A stretch of 38,432 bases of DNA, taken from the IMG/VR virus record IMGVR_UViG_3300045988_091866, positions 1-38,432 of that record, one strand, 5' to 3'. Shown here piece by piece: positions 14,263 to 22,451 of the stretch. The first letter of the stretch is position 1. Each line of letters starts with the position of its first letter. Below the pieces are notes generated by a model. It was not told the DNA's origin. It saw only the letters and a program-made list of their open reading frames with translations, and ran no database searches. The DNA comes from a virus. The translations under genes were made by a program, and so were the position numbers.

Positions 14263-14664
14263 TTACATGGATTGGAGCTTATTCATAAGTGCTTCTTGGA
14301 GTACCTGAGAAAAATTAATTCCTTTCGCTGTTGCTTCTTCATTAAGCCAGCCAGGGATGCTTAAAGTTTTCTTGACAGCTTTTGAGTTTACACGTTTTTT
14401 AAAAGCCACGAAATCAAACTCAACAATGACAAGAAATTCGTCATTATTAACTTGGATGACTTCCGGAGAAGATGGCGACGGGAAGCTTTCATTTTCGTCT
14501 CGTTTGACTGAAAGCGCAAGCCCAAGACAGTCAACGGCCATTTCGTAGGCTTCTTGCATATTATCCCCTTCAGTAATAGCTTCAGGGATATCAGGGAAAG
14601 TAACCCAGAAACCGCCTTCTTCAGCTTTGTGGAAAATTGCAGGATAAAAAATTTTGTTGTCCAT
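14263..14664 (-). CDS. hicB: HicB-family antitoxin
   Basis: MDNKIFYPAIFHKAEEGGFWVTFPDIPEAITEGDNMQEAYEMAVDCLGLAL... is a typical HicB N-terminal fold. It lies directly downstream of hicA. Confidence 0.85.
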   Translation of the reverse strand: MDNKIFYPAIFHKAEEGGFWVTFPDIPEAITEGDNMQEAYEMAVDCLGLALSVKRDENESFPSPSSPEVIQVNNDEFLVIVEFDFVAFKKRVNSKAVKKTLSIPGWLNEEATAKGINFSQVLQEALMNKLQSM

Positions 14665-14701
14665 AAAATGACCTCCTAAGTTTATTTTATGGCAGGAGGG
14701 C

Positions 14702-14896
14702 TTATTTCAGCCCAGCCTGCTTAAGAATAGCTTGCTCCATTCCTTTTTTCAAAGTAGTAGAGCCGTGATCAGGTACGGTCGTCTGTTTTCTGGTTTCGGG
14801 GTTTCTCATAATTACATGAGAAGTACCACGTTGCCTTAAAATGACGAATCCGTTCTTTTTTAGGAACTTAATCATTTCCTTAGACGTCATTGGCAT
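14702..14896 (-). CDS. hicA: HicA-family mRNA interferase toxin
   Basis: ...SKEMIKFLKKNGFVILRQRGTSHVIMRNPETRKQTTVPDHGSTTLKKGMEQAILKQAGL is the HicA signature. Confidence 0.88.
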   Translation of the reverse strand: MPMTSKEMIKFLKKNGFVILRQRGTSHVIMRNPETRKQTTVPDHGSTTLKKGMEQAILKQAGLK

Positions 14897-14927
14897 GATT
14901 GGTTCTCCTTTCCCTTATCACATCTCT

Positions 14928-14956
14928 ATTATAACACGTATAAATACGTATGTAAA
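14928..14956 (-). promoter_or_regulatory. hicAB promoter: -35 TTTACA, 17-nt spacer, -10 TATAAT
   Basis: The minus strand reads tttaca-tacgtatttatacgtgt-tataat. Two ACGT-core boxes lie inside the spacer. Confidence 0.7.
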
Positions 14957-14979
14957 TAAGAAATACGTAACTTTACGTA
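14935..14979. promoter_or_regulatory. Array of four (T)ACGT(A) palindromic boxes (two pairs with 10-bp spacing); probable operator for HicB autoregulation
   Basis: ACGTA occurs at 14936, 14946, 14965 and 14975. Confidence 0.5.
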
Positions 14980-15062
14980 AAATTTTAAATATGTTCTTAA
15001 TATAGCAAAACGACGATTTACAACATCCGGAGCCCTAAAAAGGCAGGAGGAAGGAAAAAGGT

Positions 15063-15275
15063 ATGAACATTAAACAAGAAGCTGAACTTTTTTATAAGGC
15101 GTTAACAAGGGTGTCAAATAGAGTGGACAAAGTGGATGATTTAACTGCTATTATAGCTCACCTTGAAATTGATCTCGAAAAACTTGAACGTGAAAACCTC
15201 GGCTTACGACAGCAAGTTGAAAACTTAAAAAGAAAGGAAGAATCGCGTTATAAAAGTGACGCATGGGCGGATTGA
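15063..15275 (+). CDS. Hypothetical coiled-coil protein (70 aa)
   Basis: The ORF has RBS AGGAGGAAGG. Confidence 0.7.
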   Translation: MNIKQEAELFYKALTRVSNRVDKVDDLTAIIAHLEIDLEKLERENLGLRQQVENLKRKEESRYKSDAWAD

Positions 15276-15626
15276 ATGATTGACGAAAAGAAACTGATTG
15301 ATCGGTTAGAAAGAATGAATAAATATCAAGAAGCGTTGGATTTTCTGTGCAATCATGCAATGGAGTATGTAGAGGATTATGATTGGCAAGAGAATTATGA
15401 TTGCGGCGAATTCCGCCCATTGAACGAAGAAGATCTAAATGCTCATAAGTCTATCTTGCAAGAGTTAGTGGATAAAGCAACACCAACAAAGCCGAAAGGA
15501 TTGAGCATATCCCACGATGGCAGGTTAGGAAACTGCCCAAACTGTAATAAAATAGTTCGGGAAAAAGATGAAAAGAAGAATATATGTGTGTGTGGGCAGG
15601 CGTTGGATTGGAGCGGCAATCAATGA
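15276..15626 (+). CDS. Hypothetical protein with a C-terminal CxxC...CxC zinc ribbon (116 aa)
   Basis: ...CPNCNKIVREKDEKKNICVCGQ... Confidence 0.7.
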   Translation: MIDEKKLIDRLERMNKYQEALDFLCNHAMEYVEDYDWQENYDCGEFRPLNEEDLNAHKSILQELVDKATPTKPKGLSISHDGRLGNCPNCNKIVREKDEKKNICVCGQALDWSGNQ

Positions 15627-15697
15627 TCCCCGTACTGCTCGCCGTCGTGTTTGTTGCGATCGTGCTGCTGATTGATCGGATGGGAGGTGATCAATAA
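15623..15697 (+). CDS. Possible 24-aa single-TM micro-protein (MIPVLLAVVFVAIVLLIDRMGGDQ)
   Basis: It has an ATGA overlap with the upstream gene and a TAATG overlap with the downstream gene, which suggests translational coupling. Confidence 0.35.
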   Translation: MIPVLLAVVFVAIVLLIDRMGGDQ

Positions 15698-16119
15698 TGC
15701 CAATTAAAAACTACACGACAACAATCAAAGCGTCAAAGACTATCGGCGAGATCCAAGAGATTCTCGCTTCGCGGGGCGCACGTCAGATCATGATTGACTA
15801 CCAAGACGGTCGTGCTAATCGTGTTTGCTTTACAATTGATACGCCTATCGGATTGCAGGCGGTAGTTCTGCCGGTTCAGCCCGATCGGGTTCTCGCAGTG
15901 CTTAAACGCGATGGAGTTAAGGCTGATTATACCCGCGCTGAAAATGTAGCGTGGCGTATCGCAAAAGATTGGCTTGTGGATCAGCTTGCGATCTTGGATA
16001 CCGAGATGGTCACTATTGATCAGGTGTTACTGCCATACTTTGTTGATCGATCTGGTCGATCGGTGTATGAGCTGTATGGCAGCGGACAACTGATGATTGC
16101 AGGAGGTGACCTGCCATGA
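15697..16119 (+). CDS. Hypothetical protein (140 aa)
   Basis: The ORF has RBS GGGAGGTG. Confidence 0.75.
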   Translation: MPIKNYTTTIKASKTIGEIQEILASRGARQIMIDYQDGRANRVCFTIDTPIGLQAVVLPVQPDRVLAVLKRDGVKADYTRAENVAWRIAKDWLVDQLAILDTEMVTIDQVLLPYFVDRSGRSVYELYGSGQLMIAGGDLP

Positions 16120-16256
16120 CCTCCGCTGAGCTCCAGGCGGCCATCCTGGCCACGCAAAAGCAGATCACAAACACAATGTCGCCGCTGCGCAAAAGAGACC
16201 TGCAGCGCCATTTGGCGAGGCTCAGACGCAAGCTGCGGGCGATAGAGAGGAGATGA
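16116..16256 (+). CDS. Possible small basic protein (46 aa, MTSAELQAAILATQKQITNTMSPLRKRDLQRHLARLRRKLRAIERR)
   Basis: There is an ATGA overlap with the upstream gene, and RBS AGGAGGTG is present. Confidence 0.5.
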   Translation: MTSAELQAAILATQKQITNTMSPLRKRDLQRHLARLRRKLRAIERR

Positions 16257-16262
16257 CAGGTA

Positions 16263-16466
16263 ATGCGCAACCTGGATAAGTACGCGGCGGCCTTGTGCGA
16301 GCAGTTTAGCCGATCAGATCCGTGCGTCTTAAGCGCGGATAATGACTGTGATTACTGCGAGCTGCTGGGTATCTGCTCCAATCCTGATAAGCTGCTGGCA
16401 TTTATGATGCAGCCTGCAGCCGATGACGATCAGCAGCTCCTGCATGAGCCACAAGGCACAGTATAG
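16263..16466 (+). CDS. Hypothetical acidic Cys-rich protein (67 aa)
   Basis: The ORF has RBS GAGAGGAG. Confidence 0.65.
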   Translation: MRNLDKYAAALCEQFSRSDPCVLSADNDCDYCELLGICSNPDKLLAFMMQPAADDDQQLLHEPQGTV

Positions 16467-16480
16467 CCGATAGAGGAGGG

Positions 16481-16912
16481 ATGGCGGTGGACGAGAGGAT
16501 CAAACGGACAAAGGATAAGCTGCGGGTGTACGGGTCATACTCCCGTGAGATTAGCAAGTTACGAGTATGGCTGCTTGATCTTAGCACCTATCTTTGGCTG
16601 CATGAGGACTGGCCAGAGCAGGCAGCCAGAGAGATGCACATCAGAGGCTTAGATAACAAGCATCCACCAGGCCAGCAACTCTGCGTGCAAAAGGCAGCCA
16701 TCGAGGCGCAGCTGGAGCAGTTAAGAGCTGCAAGGTCTGCTTTAGGACTGGATGACTGGCTTGACAGTTTAAGCATGGAGGATCGGCAGATTGTCCAACT
16801 GGTTTATGAGGAGGGGTATAGCTATCAGGCAGCTGCGCCCATGGTCAACATGTCAAAACCAGGATTGCAGTATAGGATTAATAAAATTTGTAAAAACTCC
16901 ATACGCGTATAG
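16481..16912 (+). CDS. Sigma-70 region-4 / ArpU-like late transcription regulator (start may be GTG 16487)
   Basis: The C-terminal HTH is LSMEDRQIVQLVYEEGYSYQAAAPMVNMSKPGLQYRINKI. It is the last gene before the packaging module. Confidence 0.65.
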   Translation: MAVDERIKRTKDKLRVYGSYSREISKLRVWLLDLSTYLWLHEDWPEQAAREMHIRGLDNKHPPGQQLCVQKAAIEAQLEQLRAARSALGLDDWLDSLSMEDRQIVQLVYEEGYSYQAAAPMVNMSKPGLQYRINKICKNSIRV

Positions 16913-17012
16913 TTGACTTTTGTGGTACTATACGCGTGTAAGATGCCAGAGGGTATCTGAGCCGATAGTACCGCCGGCGCCTCTGCTTTCTCCAGCGGCG
17001 GTCAGGCATATC

Positions 17013-17040
17013 AAGCACTCAGCGATGGGTGCTTTTTCTT
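17013..17040 (+). terminator. Candidate terminator of the early operon (stem AAGCAC/GTGCTT, 10-nt loop, TTTCTTT)
   Basis: Read directly. It is preceded by the GC-rich hairpin ACCGCCG-N19-CGGCGGT. Confidence 0.45.
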
Positions 17041-17142
17041 TGGTTTCCAGCAACCAGGCTGGATGCGGAAGGATGTTCTTTTCCCCCTCTACTTTCTAAC
17101 TTTCCTGCAAACTCACAGCTCCGCGTATCGCCTTGCGGGGCT

Positions 17143-17168
17143 AAATAAAAAATAGGCACGAGGCCTAT
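17143..17168 (-). terminator. Rho-independent terminator of the Spo0A-like gene (stem ATAGGC/GCCTAT, then TTTTTTATTT on the minus strand)
   Basis: The minus strand reads ataggcctcgtgcctattttttattt. It overlaps the stop codon. Confidence 0.65.
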
Positions 17169-17650
17169 TTGACGGGATGACGAGGGATGATGCATCGCTT
17201 ATGTACGATGTCACTCATCACAAGCAAAAATTGTAGATTGGTGGGCTTGCCTTTGGCGGACAAGATGGTGTTGCCAAAATACTTTGATAACACACTGATG
17301 TCGCCTCGGGTCCAGGCTCCCTCGATTGATGTGCGGATGTTGCGCTCGACGCGCGTGGCTGTAGTGTGATGAGCAGTCGCTACCTTGGGATAGAGACGGC
17401 CCTTGAGATTTTGCAGCAGAGTCTGATCTGACACTGCATAAGTCAGAGCACTGGCCAATAAGTTGTATCCTTGATTTACGACACCACATTCCTTGAGCAG
17501 TTCCACAGCGACGCCGTGGATGGCAAGAGCGTCAACTCGATCATCCTCGTCTGGTGTAAGATCAAAAAACTGCTCAAGAGTGTCCAGCAAGGTCATATAA
17601 ACATCAAGCCTATGCGGACAACTTAAGCAGTATTCGGGTAATCTTTCCAT
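17165..17650 (-). CDS. Receiver-less Spo0A C-terminal (DNA-binding) domain protein
   Basis: ...GYNLLASALTYAVSDQTLLQNLKGRLYPKVATAHHTTATRVERNIRTSIEGAWTRGDISVLSKYFGNTILSAKGKPTNLQFLLVMSD aligns residue by residue with my memory of the Bacillus subtilis Spo0A C-domain (...[62 protein letters not shown]). Only about 45 aa precede it, so there is no receiver domain. Confidence 0.85.
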   Translation of the reverse strand: MERLPEYCLSCPHRLDVYMTLLDTLEQFFDLTPDEDDRVDALAIHGVAVELLKECGVVNQGYNLLASALTYAVSDQTLLQNLKGRLYPKVATAHHTTATRVERNIRTSIEGAWTRGDISVLSKYFGNTILSAKGKPTNLQFLLVMSDIVHKRCIIPRHPVK

Positions 17651-17769
17651 ATTTTTCCTCCTCTCAAAGTCAATTGTAAGCAGCTATACGAGAGGATAAA
17701 ACCGTATTTAAGGCGTATAAACAGCAAAGTTTAAAAAAACAGACAAATGTTGTCTAAAATCAACGAAAT

Positions 17770-17776
17770 TGTCGAA
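17770..17776 (+). promoter_or_regulatory. Consensus Spo0A box TGTCGAA in the divergent Spo0A-like/terS intergenic region, flanked by related AACGAA (17762) and TGTCGG (17780)
   Basis: Read directly. A 7-mer match alone is weak, since about 5 are expected by chance in this window. Confidence 0.3.
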
Positions 17777-17805
17777 AAGTGTCGGTTGCATCAGGAGGTG
17801 ATAGG

Positions 17806-18243
17806 ATGCGCGGTAAATATGAAACACATGTTAAGCCTAAGCTGGATCTGATCGCTCAGTGGGCGCGTGACGGCGCGATTGAGCGGGACATTGCTAAAAA
17901 GCTCGGCGTGTCCGAGAGTACCTTTAGTGGATACAAGAAAGAGCACCCTGAGCTGATGGAGACGTTAACCGTTAACAAAGAGGTCGCGGATGCCAGAGTC
18001 GAGAGTGCGCTGTATAAACGAGCAATCGGATATGAGTACACAGAAACCAGCAAAGAGGTTGGTCCTGATGGTACAAAGACCAAAACAACAACCAAGCAGG
18101 TCGCCCCTGACGTCACAGCGCAGATCTACTGGCTCAATAACCGCCGCCCAGATCGTTGGCGCAACAAACAGGACATCAGCATCGAGGGCGCATCTAAGGT
18201 GGAGATTATCAATGACATTCCAAAACCTACCGACTCGGATTAG
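17806..18243 (+). CDS. terS: Terminase small subunit
   Basis: ATG 17806 follows CAGGAGGTG. There is an HTH-like N-terminus, and ...ALYKRAIGYEYTE...QIYWLNNRRPDRWRNKQ is typical of small terminases. Confidence 0.8.
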   Translation: MRGKYETHVKPKLDLIAQWARDGAIERDIAKKLGVSESTFSGYKKEHPELMETLTVNKEVADARVESALYKRAIGYEYTETSKEVGPDGTKTKTTTKQVAPDVTAQIYWLNNRRPDRWRNKQDISIEGASKVEIINDIPKPTDSD

Positions 18244-19498
18244 ACTGACGGAGCTGATTGCCCCGTCTTTTTACGATCTGTATTGGGATGTTGTCGAGCA
18301 CAAGCACACGCACTACAAGCTCGCCGGCGGCCGCGGATCAACCAAGTCATCGTTTATCAGCATCATGATTGTCCTGGGCATGATGTCCAATCCAGACGCT
18401 AACGCGATGGTGCTGCGCAAAGTAGGCCGTTACCTTGAGGAGTCAGTCTTTGAGCAGCTCCTCTGGGCCATCGAAAAGCTCGGCGTCGATCACCTTTGGA
18501 AACCGAAATACTCTCCCCTCGGTTTAACCTATTTGCCGACCGGACAGCGCATTGTCTTCCGTGGTGCGGATGAACCTAAGAAGATTAAATCTGTTAAGCT
18601 GCAGCATGGATACTTTGCATACACATGGTACGAGGAGCGCGATGAGTTTGACGGGGACGAGGAGGAGCGCACGATCAATCAGTCCTTGATGCGCGGTGGC
18701 GACAAGTACTGGGTGTTTTATTCCTGGAACCCGCCAAAGAGTATCAACAGTTGGGTCAATCAGGATGTGCTGCTGCCACGAGAGGACACGATCGTGCATC
18801 ACAGCGATTACCGATCGGTTCCGCGGGAGTGGCTCGGACCTCAATTTTACATCGAGGCTGAGGAGCTTAAGCGCAACAAGCCGATGGCTTATCGTCATGA
18901 GTACCTTGGCGAAGCAACTGGTACAGGCGGTCAGGTATTTGACAACGTTACGATCCGAGAGATCGCGGCTGATGAGCTGGTAGTCTTTGACAAGATTCAT
19001 CATGGCCTAGACTTCGGCTTTGCGGCAGATCCGCTAGCCTATATCAAAAACCATTTTGACAAGACGCGACGACGTCTTTTTATTTTCGGCGAGTTGTATC
19101 AGGTTGGGCTGTCCAACGCCAAGGCAGTCCAGCAGATCAAGCTGCTCAATCCGCTTAACCAGCTTGTTATCGCGGACAGCGAGGATCCGCGGACGATCAA
19201 CGAGTTCCGCGAGCTGGGCCTGCGGATCATCGGCGCTAAAAAAGGTCCGGGGTCCGTTGATCATGGGATCAAGTGGCTGCAGGATCTCAATGAGATCATT
19301 ATCGATCCGCGCTATTGTCCAAACACAGCCCGCGAGTTTAGCAGCTACGAGCTGGAGCGAGATAAAAACGGCAACTTCAAGGGTAGCTACCCGGATAAAA
19401 ACAACCACAGCATTGACGCCACCAGGTATAGCCTGGAGGATCAGATGACAATGAGCAAAGCGAAAGCCCGCCGGAAATCCCGGTATGGCATTGTGTGA
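18212..19498 (+). CDS. terL: Terminase large subunit (PBSX/Terminase_3 type)
   Basis: MTFQNLPTRIRLTELIAPSFYDLYWDV...LAGGRGSTKSS contains Walker A. ATG 18212 follows AAGGTGGAG; the track extension back to 17990 overlaps terS out of frame. Confidence 0.9.
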   Translation: MTFQNLPTRIRLTELIAPSFYDLYWDVVEHKHTHYKLAGGRGSTKSSFISIMIVLGMMSNPDANAMVLRKVGRYLEESVFEQLLWAIEKLGVDHLWKPKYSPLGLTYLPTGQRIVFRGADEPKKIKSVKLQHGYFAYTWYEERDEFDGDEEERTINQSLMRGGDKYWVFYSWNPPKSINSWVNQDVLLPREDTIVHHSDYRSVPREWLGPQFYIEAEELKRNKPMAYRHEYLGEATGTGGQVFDNVTIREIAADELVVFDKIHHGLDFGFAADPLAYIKNHFDKTRRRLFIFGELYQVGLSNAKAVQQIKLLNPLNQLVIADSEDPRTINEFRELGLRIIGAKKGPGSVDHGIKWLQDLNEIIIDPRYCPNTAREFSSYELERDKNGNFKGSYPDKNNHSIDATRYSLEDQMTMSKAKARRKSRYGIV

Positions 19499-19507
19499 GG
19501 TGAGGAC

Positions 19508-20923
19508 ATGAGGAAAATGAAATATATCGGCGCATTTGATGAGCAGAATTTGGATAAGTCCAAGATTCTGCAGCTGATCAATGCGCATCGAAGCACAGAA
19601 GGCGTGCGGATCCATCGGAATCTGGATTATTATGATGGAAGTCACGCCATTCTTCGGCGCAAAAAGAAAAATGAAGCCGCAAGCAATAATCGATTAGTAT
19701 GCAACCATGCGAAGGATATCGCCGATACAGCCACCAGTTACTTTTTAGCGGCACCGATCACTTATAGTACCAGTGATAAGGCGATGGATATTGACCGGCT
19801 TACCGACTATTTTGATATGGCGGATGTCGACGAGACCGATCACGACAATGCCCTTGATATGTCGCGAGCAGGTGTAGCGTATGAATACATCTATGCCGCG
19901 CAGGATGAGGCGCGTCCTTTGATCAAAAATCTTGAGCCTCAGCACACATTTTTGGTTTACGATGACACGATTGAGGAAAATGTTCTATTTGGTGTTTACT
20001 ACTATTGGATCGTGGACGCAGCGACAAAGCAGGAAATTTACAAAGCGGTCGTGGCTACGAAGCACTTTATCCACACGATCGACATTATCAACGATTCTGT
20101 TGCTGCTCAAACTGCTCAGAGCAATCCAGAATCCCATCTGTTTGATGACGTGCCGATCGTTGAGTATCGTAACAACAAAGATGGGATTGGTGATTATGAG
20201 CAGCAGATCAGCCTGATTGACGCTTACAATACGCTGATGTCAGACCGGGTCAATGACAAGGAACAATTCCTAGAAGCGATCCTGGTGCTCATCGGAGCGC
20301 TGCTTGGTGATGATGAAAAGGAAACAGGCGAAGCTGCAAAACAGATCAAAGACTTGGGTATCCTAGAGCTGCCGTCAGGTGCCAGCGCGGAATACATCAC
20401 GCGAACCTTTGACGAAACATCGGTCGAGGTGCTGAAAAAGGCGATCAAGGATGATATTTATACCTTTTCGCACGTGCCATGTTTGACTGATGAGAACTTT
20501 GTCGGCAACAGCTCGGGCGTAGCCATGGAGTATAAACTGCTTGGTCTTGAGATGATCACTAAGACCAAAGAGCGATACTACACCAAAGGGCTTAAGCAGC
20601 GGATGCGGTTAATCTGTAATTATCTCGGTCTGAAAAATATCGCGCTGAATCCGGCGGCGATCATACCCGAGTTTAAGCGTGGATTGCCGAAAAACATGCT
20701 GGAGCTGTCACAGATGATCGCGAATCTGTCCGGTGTGGTGAGCCAGAAAACGCTGATCAGCCAGCTGGACTTTGTTGAAGATCCGGATGCGGAAGTGGAA
20801 GCGGTAAAGAAGGAAAGTCAGGAAAAGTTGAAACAACAGCAGCAGGCTTTTGGAAACTATGCGGAAGGCGATCCTGACGACCAGACAGAGCCGCAGAAGG
20901 ACGAAAAAGAGTTGAATGAGTAA
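19508..20923 (+). CDS. Portal protein (SPP1 gp6-like)
   Basis: The call rests on size, position after terL and an acidic C-terminus. The RBS is GAGGTGAGGA. Confidence 0.85.
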   Translation: MRKMKYIGAFDEQNLDKSKILQLINAHRSTEGVRIHRNLDYYDGSHAILRRKKKNEAASNNRLVCNHAKDIADTATSYFLAAPITYSTSDKAMDIDRLTDYFDMADVDETDHDNALDMSRAGVAYEYIYAAQDEARPLIKNLEPQHTFLVYDDTIEENVLFGVYYYWIVDAATKQEIYKAVVATKHFIHTIDIINDSVAAQTAQSNPESHLFDDVPIVEYRNNKDGIGDYEQQISLIDAYNTLMSDRVNDKEQFLEAILVLIGALLGDDEKETGEAAKQIKDLGILELPSGASAEYITRTFDETSVEVLKKAIKDDIYTFSHVPCLTDENFVGNSSGVAMEYKLLGLEMITKTKERYYTKGLKQRMRLICNYLGLKNIALNPAAIIPEFKRGLPKNMLELSQMIANLSGVVSQKTLISQLDFVEDPDAEVEAVKKESQEKLKQQQQAFGNYAEGDPDDQTEPQKDEKELNE

Positions 20924-22451
20924 TCCTGACTACTGGCAAGAACGTGCCGAAAAACGCATCCACAGAGCTCACAAGAACAGCAATAAGACAATCAAAGAAG
21001 TTACAGCAGCCTATCAACAGGCGATTGACGATATTAACCGCGATATTGAAAAAATCTTTTACCGCTATGCAGGTAAGAACGATCTATCTTCCGCGGAGGC
21101 AAAGGATATCTTAAACCAAAGAATCAACGAGAATGAATGGAACAAGATGAAGCTGCAGATCAGCACAATCAAGGATCCAGTCGTAAAAAAGCATCTGCGG
21201 GCGAAGTTAGAAGCTTCTGCCTATGGCGCGAGAATTGATCGGTTGGAAGCTCTGAAACAAGACATCTACATCAAGACAAAACAAGTCGCTGATGTAGAGC
21301 TGCAGAAGTCTACTGAGCTGTATAGAAAAACAGTTGAGGACAATTATTTGCACAATGTTTTCGACTTCCAGCAGGGGACAGGGTATGCCTATGAATTCGC
21401 ATCGATGTCACCGGAACACATTGAGGAAATCCTGAAAAACAATTGGAGTGGGAAACATTACTCAAAAAGTGTCTGGGACAATACGGATGTTCTCGCGGAG
21501 AAGCTGCAGCAAACGTTAACCGCAGGGCTTATGTCAGGCAAAAGCTACAAACGTATGGCAGCGGAGCTGACAGAACTGACCAGCTATGGGCAATATGCTG
21601 CAGAGCGTCTGATCAGAACGGAAACAGCCTATCTGATTGAGGAATCAGACAAAGCAGCAGCGATTGATCGTGGGACGAAGGTCAGAATTTTCCGGGCAAC
21701 CTTAGATTTGAAAACGTCGAAGATTTGCCAGGAGCATGACGGAGATCGGGTGCCGATTGAAAAATCAGTGCCTGGAAAAAATGTGCCTCCGCTCCATCCA
21801 CACTGTCGGTCATGGATGGAAGAAGAAATTGAAGGCTACGAGCATCGGAGCCGCGCGGCTAGAGATCCAGTCACGGGAGAGCGTGTAATGGTTCCAGCGG
21901 AAATGAAATATGCAGACTGGTATGATAAGTACGTTAAGAATAATCCTGAAGCGATGGCAAAAGAAAAGGCACTCAAAAACTACCAATTGGATAAAAAGCA
22001 ATATCAGGAGTACGAAAACATCCTAGGTGTCAAAAAAGTGCCAAAAACGCTTAAAAAATTCCAAGAAATGAAGTATAGTAATAGTGAAGAATGGCTAAAG
22101 AAGCAACGTGAGTTCAGCACAGTTAGCAAGATCAAGAATAAACCAACCTACAGTGATATTTATCGTCAAAAAATGATAGATTCCTACTACCATTTTAGAG
22201 ATCTTGGCTATGAGTTTACAGATCACTCATTAAATCGATTCCATGGGCAAAAAGCAAGTAAAGGAAAGCGTTTATTCACTGAGGAGGATCTTTTAGAAAT
22301 TCTATCAAAGGATTCCAACTATATGGAAGAAGCAACAAATAGAATCGTGAAATTTTATGATAATATCGCAGTAATCCAAAATGCTGAAACGAAAGAAGTT
22401 GTCAGCATAGTCACTCGATCTACAGTAAAGGAAGGATGGAAAAAGTTATGA
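20916..22451 (+). CDS. MuF / SPP1 gp7-family minor head protein with a ~180-aa C-terminal extension ending in a toxin-like module
   Basis: The MuF core is ...RATLDLKTSKICQEHDGDRVPI...PPLHPHCRSWMEE. The linker is ...LGVKKVPKTLKKFQEMKYSNSEEW... The C-terminal module is ...FTDHSLNRFHGQKASKGKRLFTEEDLLEILSK...IAVIQNAETKEVVSIVTRS. Confidence 0.85.
   Translation: MSNPDYWQERAEKRIHRAHKNSNKTIKEVTAAYQQAIDDINRDIEKIFYRYAGKNDLSSAEAKDILNQRINENEWNKMKLQISTIKDPVVKKHLRAKLEASAYGARIDRLEALKQDIYIKTKQVADVELQKSTELYRKTVEDNYLHNVFDFQQGTGYAYEFASMSPEHIEEILKNNWSGKHYSKSVWDNTDVLAEKLQQTLTAGLMSGKSYKRMAAELTELTSYGQYAAERLIRTETAYLIEESDKAAAIDRGTKVRIFRATLDLKTSKICQEHDGDRVPIEKSVPGKNVPPLHPHCRSWMEEEIEGYEHRSRAARDPVTGERVMVPAEMKYADWYDKYVKNNPEAMAKEKALKNYQLDKKQYQEYENILGVKKVPKTLKKFQEMKYSNSEEWLKKQREFSTVSKIKNKPTYSDIYRQKMIDSYYHFRDLGYEFTDHSLNRFHGQKASKGKRLFTEEDLLEILSKDSNYMEEATNRIVKFYDNIAVIQNAETKEVVSIVTRSTVKEGWKKL

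Noticed and set aside
17990-18211. Upstream extension of terL (502-aa version)
   Set aside because: It overlaps terS in another frame with basic, low-complexity sequence. ATG 18212 has an AAGGTGGAG RBS and starts the conserved terminase N-terminus.
19034-19645. 203-aa minus-strand ORF
   Set aside because: It is a shadow ORF antisense to terL and the portal gene in a GC-rich coding region, with no RBS or recognisable domain.
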